DNA of 63,100 nucleotides, filler included, from Sphacelaria rigidula (taxonomy: Eukaryota): assembly GCA_964200075.2 (NCBI GenBank). It is 7 parts of 7 records of this genome, joined end to end, with 100 filler letters (N's around TTAATTAATTAA, not from the genome) between each part and the next. Parts side by side here need not be neighbours in the genome. Positions count along the whole stretch, not along the records: positions 45,146 to 54,073 come from CAXNAA020009732.1; positions 54,174 to 63,100 come from CAXNAA020009733.1; 5 more parts are not named here. One strand, written 5' to 3'. The notes under the pieces were generated by a model. It ran no database searches, was not told the DNA's origin, and worked only from the letters and a program-made list of their open reading frames with translations. The stretch's first letter is position 1, and the number at the start of each line of letters is the position of its first letter. Made by a program: the position numbers and the translations under genes. Below are positions 50,104-63,100 of the stretch, one piece after another.

Positions 50104-51551
50104 CCCGGTTTGATGGATTTTCTTGAAATATCGACACAAAAGAAAGAGATGATACCGATATTTGTAGATGGCTCCTATACGGACGATACGCACGATACTC
50201 GATCCCGATGCGATGCTAGACATCTTTTGTATCGGTCAACCCGAGGAACAGCAGTAAAATACATTGGATTAGTGCAGGTTCCATCCAGTGTACCACAAGA
50301 GTGCGCTTTAGCAATGGGCATGAACAGCACCCTGTATGCCTGTTTGATGAAGTACTCGTGCACCGGCAAGTTGATCAGAGCAGTACGACGTGCGTGGTTA
50401 TTGCTTTGCGTCCTCAATAAAACGTGCTCATGAAGATGGTGTTGATGATCTTTCTGTTCCCATCGATCAGCGCATACAGTACCCCACGTTCAAAGTGGGA
50501 AAATCGATGATTTCTTCGTGATCGGCGATTTTCTCAAGTTCTTTCGCTTGCCACCGCTCATCACATTGGGCACCTAAAAATACTGGTATCCGCTCCACAT
50601 TCCAAGAAAAAAAATCATCTCCACTCTATAATGAGTGACGTACGAGCTGACCGGCCATCGGGGGTCCTGCCACTCTTCAGCCCACATTCTGACCAATCCG
50701 TGTTTTCGGTGGATCAAGCCCGTCCCGATCGTATGTATGTAGAAATGAAAAACTTGTTTTTTCCAAGTTTACCCAATTATTGCGCTAGTGCCGAATAACT
50801 GTGTTTCACGGTCAGTAACAGCCTCCTGATAAGCGGGGTATCTACGCGTATCGCCTGATAGCATCGATCAACACTAACTTGGGCACTGGGGGAGAAGACA
50901 ATCTGTTCATTTCCCCAAATCTTATCGACGCTACTCGTAGCAAATTCGGGTTTTGTCAAAGGGTACGCGAGGAAAACCCCAGCTTAGACCGTGCCCATTT
51001 CGAACGTGGGGTACTATACCTCCACTCCATGCGCACATTTACTGCGTGTTTCTCGGCAGAGACCCTTCAAATTGAACATGCTGAACAGAATACCTCAACA
51101 AGTAGACCAACAAAATATCGAGCTCTGATTGCAAGTTTATAATGCGAACAGTTTCTATGAAACACGACGAAACTTCCACTTGAAATTCAGAGGAAGAAAA
51201 GCAACAAAATACACCCATTAACTTCCCCACATTCCGAAGGACAAACAGCTCATCTGTGCCAGATTCCGAGGGGAAATGAAAAAATAATAATCAACGACCA
51301 GGACGACAGACTTACGGAACTGTACTTCAGCACGGCTCTCATGACCGCAATTATACTTCGCCACAGGCCCACACAACGGGCGGAAACTCCCGCTGAAACA
51401 GCTACCGCCTCCACACGCAGGTGAAGATTGGATACTCTGGCGCTCATCCCTCATTACATCGGAAATGACGTCGCTACACGCGGCAGAAGCGAGATACGGC
51501 ATCGGGCTGCACACCTTGCGGTTGCTCCGTCGCACGACTCCTGGGGGGGGG

Positions 51552-51615
51552 CGTACTCATTTGTTGCTTGCCTTAGTCGTGTGACCATTGACCACGCATC
51601 CCTTTCGAGACGGAG
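51552..51615 (-). mobile_element. Short poly(C)-tailed repeat with 17-bp direct repeats
   Basis: CGACTCCTGGGGGGGGG at 51535-51551 and 51616-51632; homologues at 1-70, 8273-8317, 8806-8870, 9031-9105, 14522-14586, 26830-26988 (two), ~32950-32970. Confidence 0.8.
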
Positions 51616-52796
51616 CGACTCCTGGGGGGGGGTAAGTGAATCATAGACCAGAAGGGACCCCGCGGAGTAATCCTGGCGTACTCTCACATATTCCATGAGT
51701 CGTGTTTTGGATAAGATACAGGGCTCCCAGCAATTCCTGTCCCAGAAAATACTTGTGCATCCCTAACGTGGCATCCCTCAGGCGCTTGCTCTCGATAAAT
51801 AACGCTCATCCATACTACTTTAGACCGCTTGTAACCAAATACAAGCGCACCGCGAGTGTTTTGGGTCGTTTGGCGCGTCTGTGAGCACATTTTTTTACTT
51901 GTCGTTGAAATGCCCACCATGCACAAGCTCTCGGAACATGGGGACCCAAAGTGGAGAAGGAACGAGAATCGAAAGCCGATACTCGGTACTGATTCGAATC
52001 AACACATTCCGGGTGTTCAGCCGACGGTTCTGATTCATAGAATCGCCGTTTCAAATCGGCAGCTCGACATCGATATCCGACACTGGTCTACTAAATTTGT
52101 CAACTGTCGCGCGAGAGCAGCCGAACTCGGGGACATCAACAATCATTCTACAACGACCAAGGGTCTGTCAAGAATATATTTCGGAACACGTGGGCCTCAA
52201 GATCGAAAAAACGAGTTTTTGAAGGGGGGGGACACCCAGCCTGCTGTCCCCTAGTTTATTGCATGTGGCGTTGGCGGATGCGGTCAACTACAGTGTACAG
52301 AGATCCTTGGCATGGAGACCGCTGAGATGACGGATACACCGCCCCTCCAAGCTCATCACCCACTATGATTACATTTATATAATCACGTTCTGTGTCGTGT
52401 GCCCCGATCACCTACCGCTAGTAGTCCGGGCAAATTTGGCGAGGCATGAGATAATATTGCTACTTTGCCTACAGGCTGCCGCTACTGTGCGTTCGTGTAT
52501 CGTACATGAACGTGCGTGAGCGTTGCCGGCATTGAGTAATCGGGACAGGGCGGGCAAGGAGCAGAAGCAAATCTCGAAAGCCCGGTAGAATTTTCGGTTT
52601 TCGTCAGTGTTTGTTGATCAATTTCCTCCAACAATTTCAACAAGAACGAAAAATTCACAGTGGGATCCCCCCCAAAAATTCGAAAACCATACCTGTAACA
52701 ACTTCTGAAAAAATTCTCTCAACAGACCCTTGCAACAATTCAGATTAGTCAAGATGGAGTTTTACAAGGCACAAGTCAGGCTTCCATGACTGGTTA

Positions 52797-53325
52797 GGCC
52801 GGATGTTATGGCAAACAGATTTTTGGCCCACGGATTGTCCACTTTTGGGACGTTTGAGCCTCCTTTTGCCCCCCAAACCAAGAAAACCGCCCACACACGT
52901 CTCGGACACTTTGCATCACCCCACAGAGAGGAGCCTAGTCTGCGTTTCAGATTCGATTCGCTCCGAGGTTTCGAAATTGGCCGCTGAACAAAACTTCGTG
53001 CGCAAAAAACTGTGCATGTCAATCCCCGCCGGTTTGGGATTCCTCTCTTTGGGGTGATGCAAAGTGTCTGAGACGTGTGTTGGCGATTTTCTTGGTTTGG
53101 GGAGCAAAAGGAGGCTCAGACGTCCAAAAAGTGAACAAATCGTGGGCCAAAAATCTGTTTGTCATAACATCCGGATTACCTTTTCACCCCCAAACAGGGA
53201 AAACTGCCAACACACTCTTCCCCGTGTGTTGGTGGTTTTCCCTGTTTAGAGGTCAAAAGGTGGGTCGAACGCCCCAAAAGCGAACAATATGTGGGCCAAA
53301 AATCTGTTTGCCATAACATCAGGCC
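52797..53325. mobile_element. Foldback MITE with GGCC termini and a duplicated right end (PIF/Harbinger-like, tentative)
   Basis: GGCCGGATGTTATGGCAAACAGATTTTTGGCCCAC is inverted at ~53140-53175 and again at ~53290-53325. Confidence 0.72.
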
Positions 53326-54073
53326 CGAGACCGATTCTAGTGGGAGCCGTTCAAAACTCCTGTTTAAAACTGTCTTTTTGGCCCTTCGTCGTCGTTTTAC
53401 GCCTGAAAAGGGGGCTAGGCTGATGTTGACGCCTTGGAATGACTTGCTATACTCATTGAGGCCGTTTCAGGGCAACTTTGCATTTCCCGTTGGCCGCAGT
53501 TGTATTTTTGGCCGAACAAGGATTTGAAAAAAAAAACAGTCAAGCGATAAAAAAACAGCGGGAAATTTTCATCACCTGACCGTTCTTTACTGTTCCAAGT
53601 CCCAAGTGCTTCTACTCGTAGGCTCCATAGAATGTGCTCTTGTTCCTAGTGTCCAAATCAGCGCCAGGTTGAGGTCTGCTAACGCACGCCATGCCAAGAC
53701 CAGCCTTCCCCCGTCCCAGCTTTGTCAGGGCGGACCCCCGATGGGGTTGTCAACGTTACGCTGCAAAACACGCCACTCGATGTCTAAGCGAGGCAAGCAG
53801 GTTACCGATTTTTTTTGTGCGCTCACGTTTCTTTGTTGTAACCATGACGGTGATCGAGCTAAATCATGTTGTGCGGCGTGGGAGAACCTCAACTCCGCAC
53901 AGTGGGGATGATCGTACCACGTGGTGTCATGGTGAGGCACCCGTGAGGCAGTGTCTTCGGGTCGAACAATCTTAGCAGGATGCAGCTCATCCTTCAGGCG
54001 ACTCGCCGAACACACCACGGCGCTTCGCGCTCCGTGATTGATTACGAGCCTGATCCGGCGAAAGCCCGGCGTG

Positions 54074-54173
54074 NNNNNNNNNNNNNNNNNNNNNNNNNNN
54101 NNNNNNNNNNNNNNNNNTTAATTAATTAANNNNNNNNNNNNNNNNNNNNNNNNNNNNNNNNNNNNNNNNNNNN
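54074..54173. other. Artificial contig linker
   Basis: N44-TTAATTAATTAA-N44. Confidence 0.98.
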
Positions 54174-57100
54174 AAGACAGCGAAAAATTAACGGAAAAAA
54201 AAAACAAGGGGGGGGGGGAGGGGGGAGACGACACAAAGAGGGGGGGGGGGGGGGGGGGGGGGGACAGGCACGCCCTTGTCGAATTACTTTAGATGATTAG
54301 ACCGTTCAACAACAAAAAACAAAGTGAGGCATCGAAAGTAGCTAGGAACTCGGATACTGCGACCAAACGGCTACCCGAGAGTGTGTCGTGAGCTCTGACT
54401 CGGCCAGTTGGACTCATCCCATTCTGGCACACCCAGTAGGGCCTGCTAGTAGGGCTTGCAGTTGAGGCGCACGTTAATACAAGAATAACCCATAACATCT
54501 TCTTCTTGCTTGGTCGTCCTGAAATTTGTCGTGCGCCTCGCTGACACCAGGGTGAAAACAACGATAGCTGGAACGACACCCATTTCGTCGCCGTTCAAAA
54601 GTTGTGACCAGAGACAAATGATTGGCAAGACACGGACAAGCACGTGCGAGATATTCCAGCTATTGAAAATGTTCATATCTAGGATTCTGACCACGATGCT
54701 TGATACTTCGGAGCTGACGTTCGGAGAAGAGAGGAGCGCATTCAGTATTCGAAAGCGTCACTTACACTGTTTTTTTTAAATCTCAAAAGACACCTCGGTA
54801 TCGTCGACTCGATCGAACGGATCCAATTGCCTTCAAACACGCGTGAAGGGAGAGCTGCGGTAATGACGACCTTCGAGAGCCTACTTGCCCTCTGCCTAAC
54901 ATCCAGGTTTCAACTCACAAATCTCGACCCAAAGAATCGTCAGACACTCTTTGGTCTCCTTCACTGGCTGAGACCGACTCGTAGCACTAAATCCGCATAC
55001 GACAAGAAGAAAAAACGATCATGCGCTTGCCACTCGTGTTTGCGTGCAGGCAGGCGACTGCCGATCCGAACAACACGACACAATAAACATCAAGACGCAC
55101 CTACTCCCTTGTACCAACGCTCCATACACAGCTGATGCGAAATTACGGCATTTCCCCGAGGTTCCTTGCGACGCGCTGCGGCCTCTCTACGCTACACTCT
55201 CACGAGAATTGACGCGTCACAATATTCCAGAGGACACGGGGATGAGTAGTCCCTCTCTCTTGGGGTCGGCTCAACGCCAAAACCTCACCTGCTGCTGGGA
55301 TGTAGACGTGATTATTCCATCTGTTTCCATCACAGCGTAGGCTTTGCCCAATGGCCCTTCGAATCCTGACATGATGCCGCTTGGAAAAAAAAAAGAGGGG
55401 AGACTAGCCCCGGACACGGTGGGTAAGCAGAGTTGGCGTTGGCGATACCTGGTGCAGCGCAGGAGAGTAGAGTGGTGGCGGTGTGAGTGAAATGCGTTCG
55501 GGAAAAGGCTGGGGATACGATTGGTTCCGTGCCCCGGTGGCTCACCTTTAATGTATACTAACGACAGTCGGGGCGTAGGTCGTTGGTTCGAATCCCGACA
55601 GTGCGTAGCGTGACCCGAACACGTGACAACATATCTTTTGAAAAAATAAAAATAAATGGTGAAAGTGGACGGCCTGCGACAGTGTTCATGTAAATGGTTG
55701 ACGATAACATAGTGCAACGCAGAGATGGTACCTGCGGAGAGATGAGCTGATTCTACGGCAAAATAAAAATCGCGTTGACTTCATACCAGGAGGTGCAAAA
55801 AACATGGGCTCGTCCTCAGTTCGAAGGCCTAAAAAAATCATGATGAAAAAAAAACGAACTGCCGGCCGTACGTCCTAACAGACCTACCTACCGGACAACA
55901 TACGAATTCGCGAATACCAAATTGTCTCTCACGCCTGTAACGCTTTCGCAATTGTGGCTTCAGAATGATATTCTACGAACAGCTTTAGTTTCGCAGTCAA
56001 CGGTGGGCACTGGGAAGCGACGAAGAAAAATCTGTGCTGGGACAGCTAGGGTATCCTTGCATCCAACATCAAGTCATCTTGTGTGTAATTTTGGCCGCAG
56101 TGGACGTGGAAACGAGTGACCGTACAGCCAGACGTATGCGAGAACGGAAAATAACGAGACAAGAAAACAATTCCGGCAGTATGATCCACACGGTCATGCT
56201 CGACCCAATTTGGATGTCGCACCAGAAGTCGATCCACACAACGATATTTTGTGAATACAGCCACCCACAACTTCAGTGCATTTCAGACTACGGTACATAT
56301 ATTTCGATTGCACACGGCCTTCTACTCCATCGCTTGGAACTCATGGCGGAAACTGCGGCTTGATGGCCCGAATACCTTACTCCATGGCCAGCTTCCGTAA
56401 GTATCAGAGATGGACCAAGGAGTGGACCGATGACGCTATGAACAAGGAAGAACACAAAAAACGGGATTATAAAACTGCGGATGGATTTGGTTTTGAGGAT
56501 GAGCGTTGGGAATTCTCATACGCATCAATATATTTTTGAAAACGATGCAAACGCCCTCTCCGGTCGTAGTGTGTGGCCTCGCTCACCCTCAGAAGAGGGT
56601 CCATCCGCATTTCTTGACATTCCGTGTTAGCAGCGGGTTCTGAAATATGGGAACGGATTTTTGCTGAAGAATGAACGGGGACCGACTTCGCTCGGAATAA
56701 TCACGGAATTTCAAAAAAATGCGGGTGGATTTGTTTTCAGGATGAGCTAGGTCATGCATCACGGCCGGAGAGTACATTTTCATCGTTTTTTGGAAGTATT
56801 TCGATGCCTTTGAAGGTTCCCAAGGCTCATCTTCAAAACAAGATCTATTCGCAATGTGTAAATTCCCGAGTGACGAACTTATCAGCATATTTTTTCCAGC
56901 ATGCCACGCGGAATGTATGATGGTGCCAAGTAAGATCTCATCGTCTGTTTCCATAACTCCAGTTCAAAATCAAGACAGCAGCCACTAACCAACATGAGAC
57001 GAGTCGAGAGCCTGAATTATACGCATCCCTTGCTGTACGTGCGCGTAGAATACCCTATGGCAAACCACACCCTGTCCGAGAATCTAACTATATTGTCGGA

Positions 57101-57467
57101 GACACACTGCATCATTGATCCACGGCGCGATGGACAGGCGAACTCACGACGGTTCTAGATACACCATCAGCCTTGTTCGTCATTCCGAGTATGCCAAGCA
57201 ACCCGTGGGGAAAAAAAAGCTGCTGTGTTGGCCTTCCTCCTGTGCGACCCCGGCTGATACGCCCACATATACCATACGGTGCAGACTGGCGTCCAGAATA
57301 AATTAGATGATAACTATGTTACTATACCGTTGGAGGTTTATAAAGTGGAGCAGGACGAATCAAGGCTTTTTTTCGCGAATTGGGTCAGAACTCCCGCATC
57401 GTGTCGACTCTTGGTCGAACAAACTCAGTCGAATATTTTGCTACTCACGTCCTCACGCTTCGATGAT

Positions 57468-57856
57468 TGATTTGATTGATCGATTTAATTCATTTAGTTG
57501 ATTTTGATTGATTGTCGCACTCCAACTGACTCCCCAGGGGTCATGATCCAGCCGTGGTCACATGATAGACGTACCCAAGACAAAACAAAACTGAAACGCT
57601 CGCTGAAGAAAAGAGAAGAAACAGAAAAAGGAGGAACAGAACAACATGGTGGACTAAGATGTAGAGAAGGAAATAAATAAAGAAAAGAAACAGGAAAAAA
57701 AGAGCGAAGCAAAGAAAGAAGTGGCCGGTCTCATCCTTTCAACAATGAAAATCAGATTCTTTGAAGACAAACCCAAACGCACTCTGGCGGGAATCGAACC
57801 CGCGTTCTCACCACCCTACTAGCGTCAGTTGGACCAATACGCCGCAGGGGCGGGGC
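57468..57856 (-). mobile_element. tRNA-derived SINE with RTE-LINE 3' tail
   Basis: A box GGCGTATTGG, B box GGTTCGATTCC; tail is the same family as the LINE ends at 5715-5775 and 7325-7450. Confidence 0.78.
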
Positions 57857-60800
57857 ACAGTACTGTCGGCCGTCTCACCCTTTGTTCATTCCGTGGAGGA
57901 TCATAGGCCATCCATTTCTGTTTGTTCCCACGCCCATTTTCGAGTTCACGTAACGCGTTGTGGTATGCCCCCCTGTGGCGATCACGTACCGGTCGCTCGA
58001 CTGAAACTGTTGTCAACTTTTGCCGACGGGTTGACAACGACAAAACTCACGCGAACCTATCTCCGCCATGAGATGCGGGCGAATTTCGCAACCGCCTTCA
58101 AGAAAGTAGGAGGGCAGTCGCGAAAAGATCGTATCCACAAGAAAGACAACATCCGGTGTAACTTGCGCTTATCTGGCCCAGCGTAGGTACGATTTGTTTT
58201 GGATCTCAACTCCCCTTTCTTCGCGTACGATCATATGGAGCGATTTTTGTGTCGTGTTTCCCGTCATTTTTCAAGGACCGGGTACGGCACTTGCAGAGCA
58301 GTGTCACCAATCGCGCGTGAAGGGAGAAAACTAGTGTCCTTGATAGCCTATGTGCGAAGATATATCTTTCCTGACCATCGCTTTTTATTTCAACAGGGAT
58401 AGAGAGGTTGGGGTGGTGTGTGAGACATGTAGAACTCAAGATATACCACGGATAGCGCCGACATCAGGTTACAGAACAGATTGACCATTTGTTGACGTTA
58501 GCCTGGGTCGCTGTTGGACTATCCGCACAAGCACGAGAGTCGTGGATCGAGCAAAGGTTTGCAATTTACTCCACATTACATTTCCCAAGTGTTCTGCAGC
58601 AGTACAAGCTTGCGTGTAGGCGAATGGCCTCGCGCGTACCACTAGTGGGGAGCGGCCAAAAGCGGGGATCGTGCAACAGTGCAGTACAGACAGTGCGCTG
58701 TAGGAGGTGTGGTGTGTGCTGGTGGCCGGTAGTGTAGAGTAAAGTCCTTTGCTGCCACTGCCGTTGCAGTCCACAGGAAAATACCACAAAAACATTTCCC
58801 CACAGAGGGCCTCTTCATCGTACGAGGAACCGGCGAAGGCGGCGATACATTAAAACGGAGTAGTGAATGTGAAATGCCAAAATACTATGACTACGGTAGT
58901 ACTTTTTTGTCCTGGTCTCATCTAATTCTCAGCATTCCACACGGACTGAATTAAATGCGTTGTATGCTACATCTGACTGATCCGTGCAGTCAAACCTCCG
59001 CTCAGTCGAGTTGCCCCCAACCCGTCGCCAAATTATTTTCCTGGAAAATTCTCACCCCAGTGCATAGTACAAGCTTGGCCAACGTGAAAACAAATCTGAG
59101 CGTTGCAGGCAATTGTGCAGCTCAGTTTTGAGAGTTGTGCTTTGAACTTTGGTGTGGAGATTCGCATGGGCATACTAGAAAACGCTCTTGTTGGACGTTG
59201 GGTTATTCTTTTTTCCAATATTGAGGGATATTTCATGGAGAAAAAAACTCAACTCGTAATAACACTTTCTCTTTTGCGCATGTGCGATTCTTCACCCCAA
59301 ATTTCAAAGCACATATCTCCAATTCGAGCTACACAACCCAGACATAGTGCATTTAGTGCAAAATCTTGACCTTAGTACGGAATATTATTTCAGCCTAATC
59401 TCTCGATAGATGACGAATAAGAACAAGGTGAGGGTATCGATCATTTTCCCGTGCCCCAAGGAAAGTTCACACCATAAATCAGCGCCATCCGTTGATTACA
59501 ATGTGAAGGGGTTCCGTACAGAGTTTGGTATCGAGACATCTTCGTACATGACGGCAGTTACTCGACATGGCGTTCAATCACCGAGAAAGCATCTGAAGGA
59601 GCTGTTGGTTAGATGGGTATCTTCCCCTTGACTACACCATTGCCGAAGTGCGGATCACGGCCCAATTCGTCTGCGTCGATGAAATGTGATTGTGGTAGCC
59701 TAAACTCGCTTTTAGGCTGGCCCAGCTCGTAAACCATTGCACCGGCAATTTCTCGGAGCTAAGGGTACGGTCCCAGCTGGTCGCCCGCGTACGCAGCACG
59801 CGAATTTGCTCAAATCCGCGCCCGGGAATGCTATTTTGAGCTTTCCCAACGCACAATGTCTCTAGGGACATTTTTACACGCGCATACACTGTCGGCTTGT
59901 CTTTTGTTGGGGATAGGCCGGGCCCATCAGATGTACCCCAGATGGACACTCCAAAAAATGTGAAAAACGGTGGCTTTGCCCAAATTGAAAAGGCGACATT
60001 ACACGAATGAGGGGTGCAGGACTCCGGAATTTAGTGCAAGGGGGTACTATCAGGAGTAAGCGCGTGATGTGGAAGTACACTGAAACCAATAGAACGACGA
60101 AAGACAGACACTCGCTATTTGCATCCGACGTTTTCACAACCCCAGCGGCAAATCACGAATCAAGCACAGACTGGCAACGCAAGCGAAGGCCTCTGAAAAG
60201 CAGTTGTCGGGACAACATCACTCAGCATCTCCTTTGGACTGCCGGATTATCATCATCTAATGTTGACGGACCGCTGTACTATAGTGTGAGACTGTCATGT
60301 ACATCCCATGCAGGCAATGAAGTACTGCACTGTCAGTACCGCACGCCATTCCAATCTGTACATCTTGGGCGGAACCTAATACGCACATTTGCCGCGGGAA
60401 TGTCAACTAGAATATTGAACCGAAACGAGCCCCGGCGCTCAAAGGACTGAATCAACCGCGTATCCATGGGTTTTGGCAATGGGTTGGGATGAAGGCCTCT
60501 GTGTGAGCATCACAACACCAGCAGTACGAGGACACGGCCATACAAGAGCAACACGTATCGTACAAAACCGCGTTCTTCACGGGACATGTTCGTGGGTGTT
60601 GTGACGATGTTTCTAGCGGCTCATGTAAACATGGCAACAGAAATCTGTGGTCGACAATATTTTGTTTTGTAAAGCCCTTGTGTTGACCTTGACCCCAACC
60701 CTTACCCAAGACAGACCGAGAAATCTCGGGCAGGGTACCTGCAGAGGGTGCCTCGGGCAAATTATGCTCTTAGAGGGCTCAAATCGGCGCTCGTCTTTCT

Positions 60801-60984
60801 CCCTATATCTCGATTTCATGCAAAACAGTACAGCGATAATCTAGCGGCGACAGCGGGAGGCGTCTGTGCTTTGCACACAGTGGACAATATGTGGTCGATA
60901 GTTCCAACTGAAAAAATGTATTGTGTAAAGCATAGCCTATTGCGCCTACTGCAGCGCGTGCTGAAACTTTGCAAGGTTATTTCT

Positions 60985-61440
60985 GAAGGGTAGGAGATTC
61001 CTTGCAGAACATAGAGAAATATCGGGTACCGGTATGAAGGTCTTGCAGAGATTACAAAACTGCCGGGTGCCGGTTTAAAAGTCTTGCACAAATTACAGAA
61101 CTTGTCGGGCAGGATATGGGAGGCTTACAGAAGACATCACCGCCGATCGGGTATTTCTTCAAGGGCATACCCGCGCTCTGGGTACGGGTGTACGTTTTAG
61201 ACAGAACTCACAAAACTACTATTGGATAACGGTATGGGAGATGCTCAGAAAACCGTACCCGCAACCGGGTATCTTATCGAGACCATACCCGTGCCCCCGG
61301 TAACGGTACGGGAGGCTTACAGAAGCCACAGAACTATCAGGTAAGGGTATGAAAGTCTCACAGAGTTTACAGAACTGCCGGGTACTGGTATAAAAGTCCA
61401 ACAGAAATCACAGAACTGTCGGGTACGGTAAATACCCAGG
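60985..61440. repeat. Degenerate tandem repeat (ACAGAACT..CGGGTA..GGTATG units)
   Basis: Roughly ten imperfect units of about 35-45 bp. Confidence 0.8.
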
Positions 61441-63100
61441 AAAATTAGGCTTTAGCTTCGTATGCGCGCGTGAAGTTTAGCTTAATTTGGGGTCCTTGGG
61501 CTTAAAATAAGCTTCTTTTAAGGCTCAGAATGAGCTAAGAAATTCTGAAAAACTCATCATTTTCTTGGAAGGCGCATAAAGTTGCGACCATTTTTTATGC
61601 CCCTCCTGCAGCCATCGTAGCAGCTACCTGAAAGTGCCCCGTATGGGCCATTGTCGTCACCAGACAGGCTTCAATACTTCATGCTGCCATGGTTGCGGGT
61701 CTGATCAGAAAAACGTTCCGCTGTATATTACATTCACGTGATACTATGTTGATTTGTAAAATGTAATCAAGATTTTGTACAGCCAATGTCCGAAGAGTTA
61801 GGTGACCGGATCGAATCCGTGATTATGATCAAGTTCAATCGGAGCCGGAAGTTTGACAAGATTTCAAATGTCGACTGATGGTGGATGATGGGGGGGCGGG
61901 GGCAGTAGCTTGTAGCTTTTAGTTTGCCGGGCGAGAGACCAAAGGCTGCAATATCCTGCGTCCAGAGACCATGCCCGAATGCTGTATCATGTATGATGAG
62001 TGTATGTAGTGGCATTTATTGTTTCGATAAAACAACGTTTTCGTGAGACTGAGTAGAGGATGCGGTTGAGAGAAGCGGTCAATTGATGAATAAATACTAT
62101 AGTTCCAGTTCTGAAATGCCCCTCCACGAGACCCGATGCGCTTTCTGCAGTAGCTCGCCAATGAAGCCCTTGATATCCCCATGTAGGATATCGTGTAGCT
62201 GTAAGCACACGCCAGTCTTACCGGCAAAGAAAATGCACAGAGAATGCGGAATCGGTCAAGTGAGAGCGAACGATAAATGCCGTCCCTGGGGGGTCAGTTA
62301 AAGTGCGACAATCAAACAGTCAAGCAATCAACCACTCTCAACCAACGCTCTATTAATAGTCTCAATCTCACGAAAACCCTGTCATAAATATAGGTGGTTT
62401 GGGGTGGCCTTCGAACTCAATGATCGAAGATAAGTTCTATCTTTCACTTGAAAACAAACTTGAAAACTTCGAATCCCCAGATTGTCGTCTTCTCCTTACA
62501 CTTCAAGGCTCGCCTCGTGAGGGGATACTGCCATAACGCCACAACAAGGACGCGAAGGAGGCGCATAAAGTACGCATATTTTGCCTGAAAGAAAGCTTGA
62601 AGTGGGGCTCAACCCCTTTGGTACTGGCAATGGAAAAGTGTTGATTTCGAGGTGCTGTTTTTTTAACAACATATGGTTGATTGTTTGCAGCTTCCAAGGA
62701 CCACTATTTTGCCCAAGGCGTGTTTTTCAGACCCGCGACCGCTTCCAACTGGCGGTGAATCGCGTAAATACTGTATCGCACCTCAACCTTTCCACGCGTG
62801 GTGAGGGGATTTCTGTGTACTTGGCCATACTGCTTTGTTTCTGTGATGTAGCTTAGCACGTTTGCCAAGTGTTGAGCGTGTACGACCTCCGGACTGCAGC
62901 ACAGCAATATTCCGGTGGGGTGCGTCACCTATATGTATGTGTGTGTGCCGCAGTGCCATACGGGACTATATACGGGCTGGGCCAACTAAGAAGCTCACTT
63001 TCCTTCAGCCCGTTCTAACTGGCGATATATTGCGAGTTGTGCCTACTACGACACATCGTGGCAATCGGCAAATCAGCGCGCGTCTTCAAATCCATGTAGC

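Noticed and set aside
8931-54173. Periodic TTAATTAATTAA motif every ~9,029 bp, and any gene-neighbourhood argument across it
   Set aside because: Artificial six-frame-stop linkers joining length-sorted contigs; adjacency across them has no biological meaning.
54289-55400. Possible exons at the start of contig 7 (e.g. MSGFEGPLGKAYAVMETDG...QQQ|GTGAGG)
   Set aside because: One plausible donor, but no phase-consistent partner exon or recognisable homology.
60985-61440. CRISPR-like array
   Set aside because: Units are degenerate with no unique spacers; eukaryotic context and no cas genes.

Overview
This is eukaryotic, intron-rich, transposon-dense DNA, most likely from a brown alga (Phaeophyceae); that assignment is inferred from gene structure and repeat style. 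The window is not one locus. It is seven unrelated contigs of about 8.93 kb (1-8930, 9031-17959, 18060-26988, 27089-36017, 36118-45045, 45146-54073, 54174-63100), sorted by decreasing length and joined by artificial 100-bp N44-TTAATTAATTAA-N44 linkers. The only firmly identifiable host gene is the axonemal gene PACRG: minus strand, four secure exons plus a probable fifth, with one GC-AG intron. Weaker calls are exons resembling a divergent dynein heavy chain (contig 2), a decayed protein kinase (contig 5) and a two-exon fragment (contig 1). Contig 4 is a transposon stack: Gypsy pol, an RTE-like LINE, and an intron-containing pogo-like transposase with MITEs inside. Repeats include RTE-LINE 3' ends, tRNA-headed SINEs that share LINE tails, and many MITEs, several with 4-bp TSDs. 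Two observations stand out. (1) A ~65-80 bp repeat with a fixed 3' end and poly(C) tail sits in C-runs, in one case with a perfect 17-bp TSD. (2) A Sola2-like MITE carries a splice donor in its TIR that is in phase with the candidate exon it interrupts. All protein similarities were judged by eye; no searches were run.
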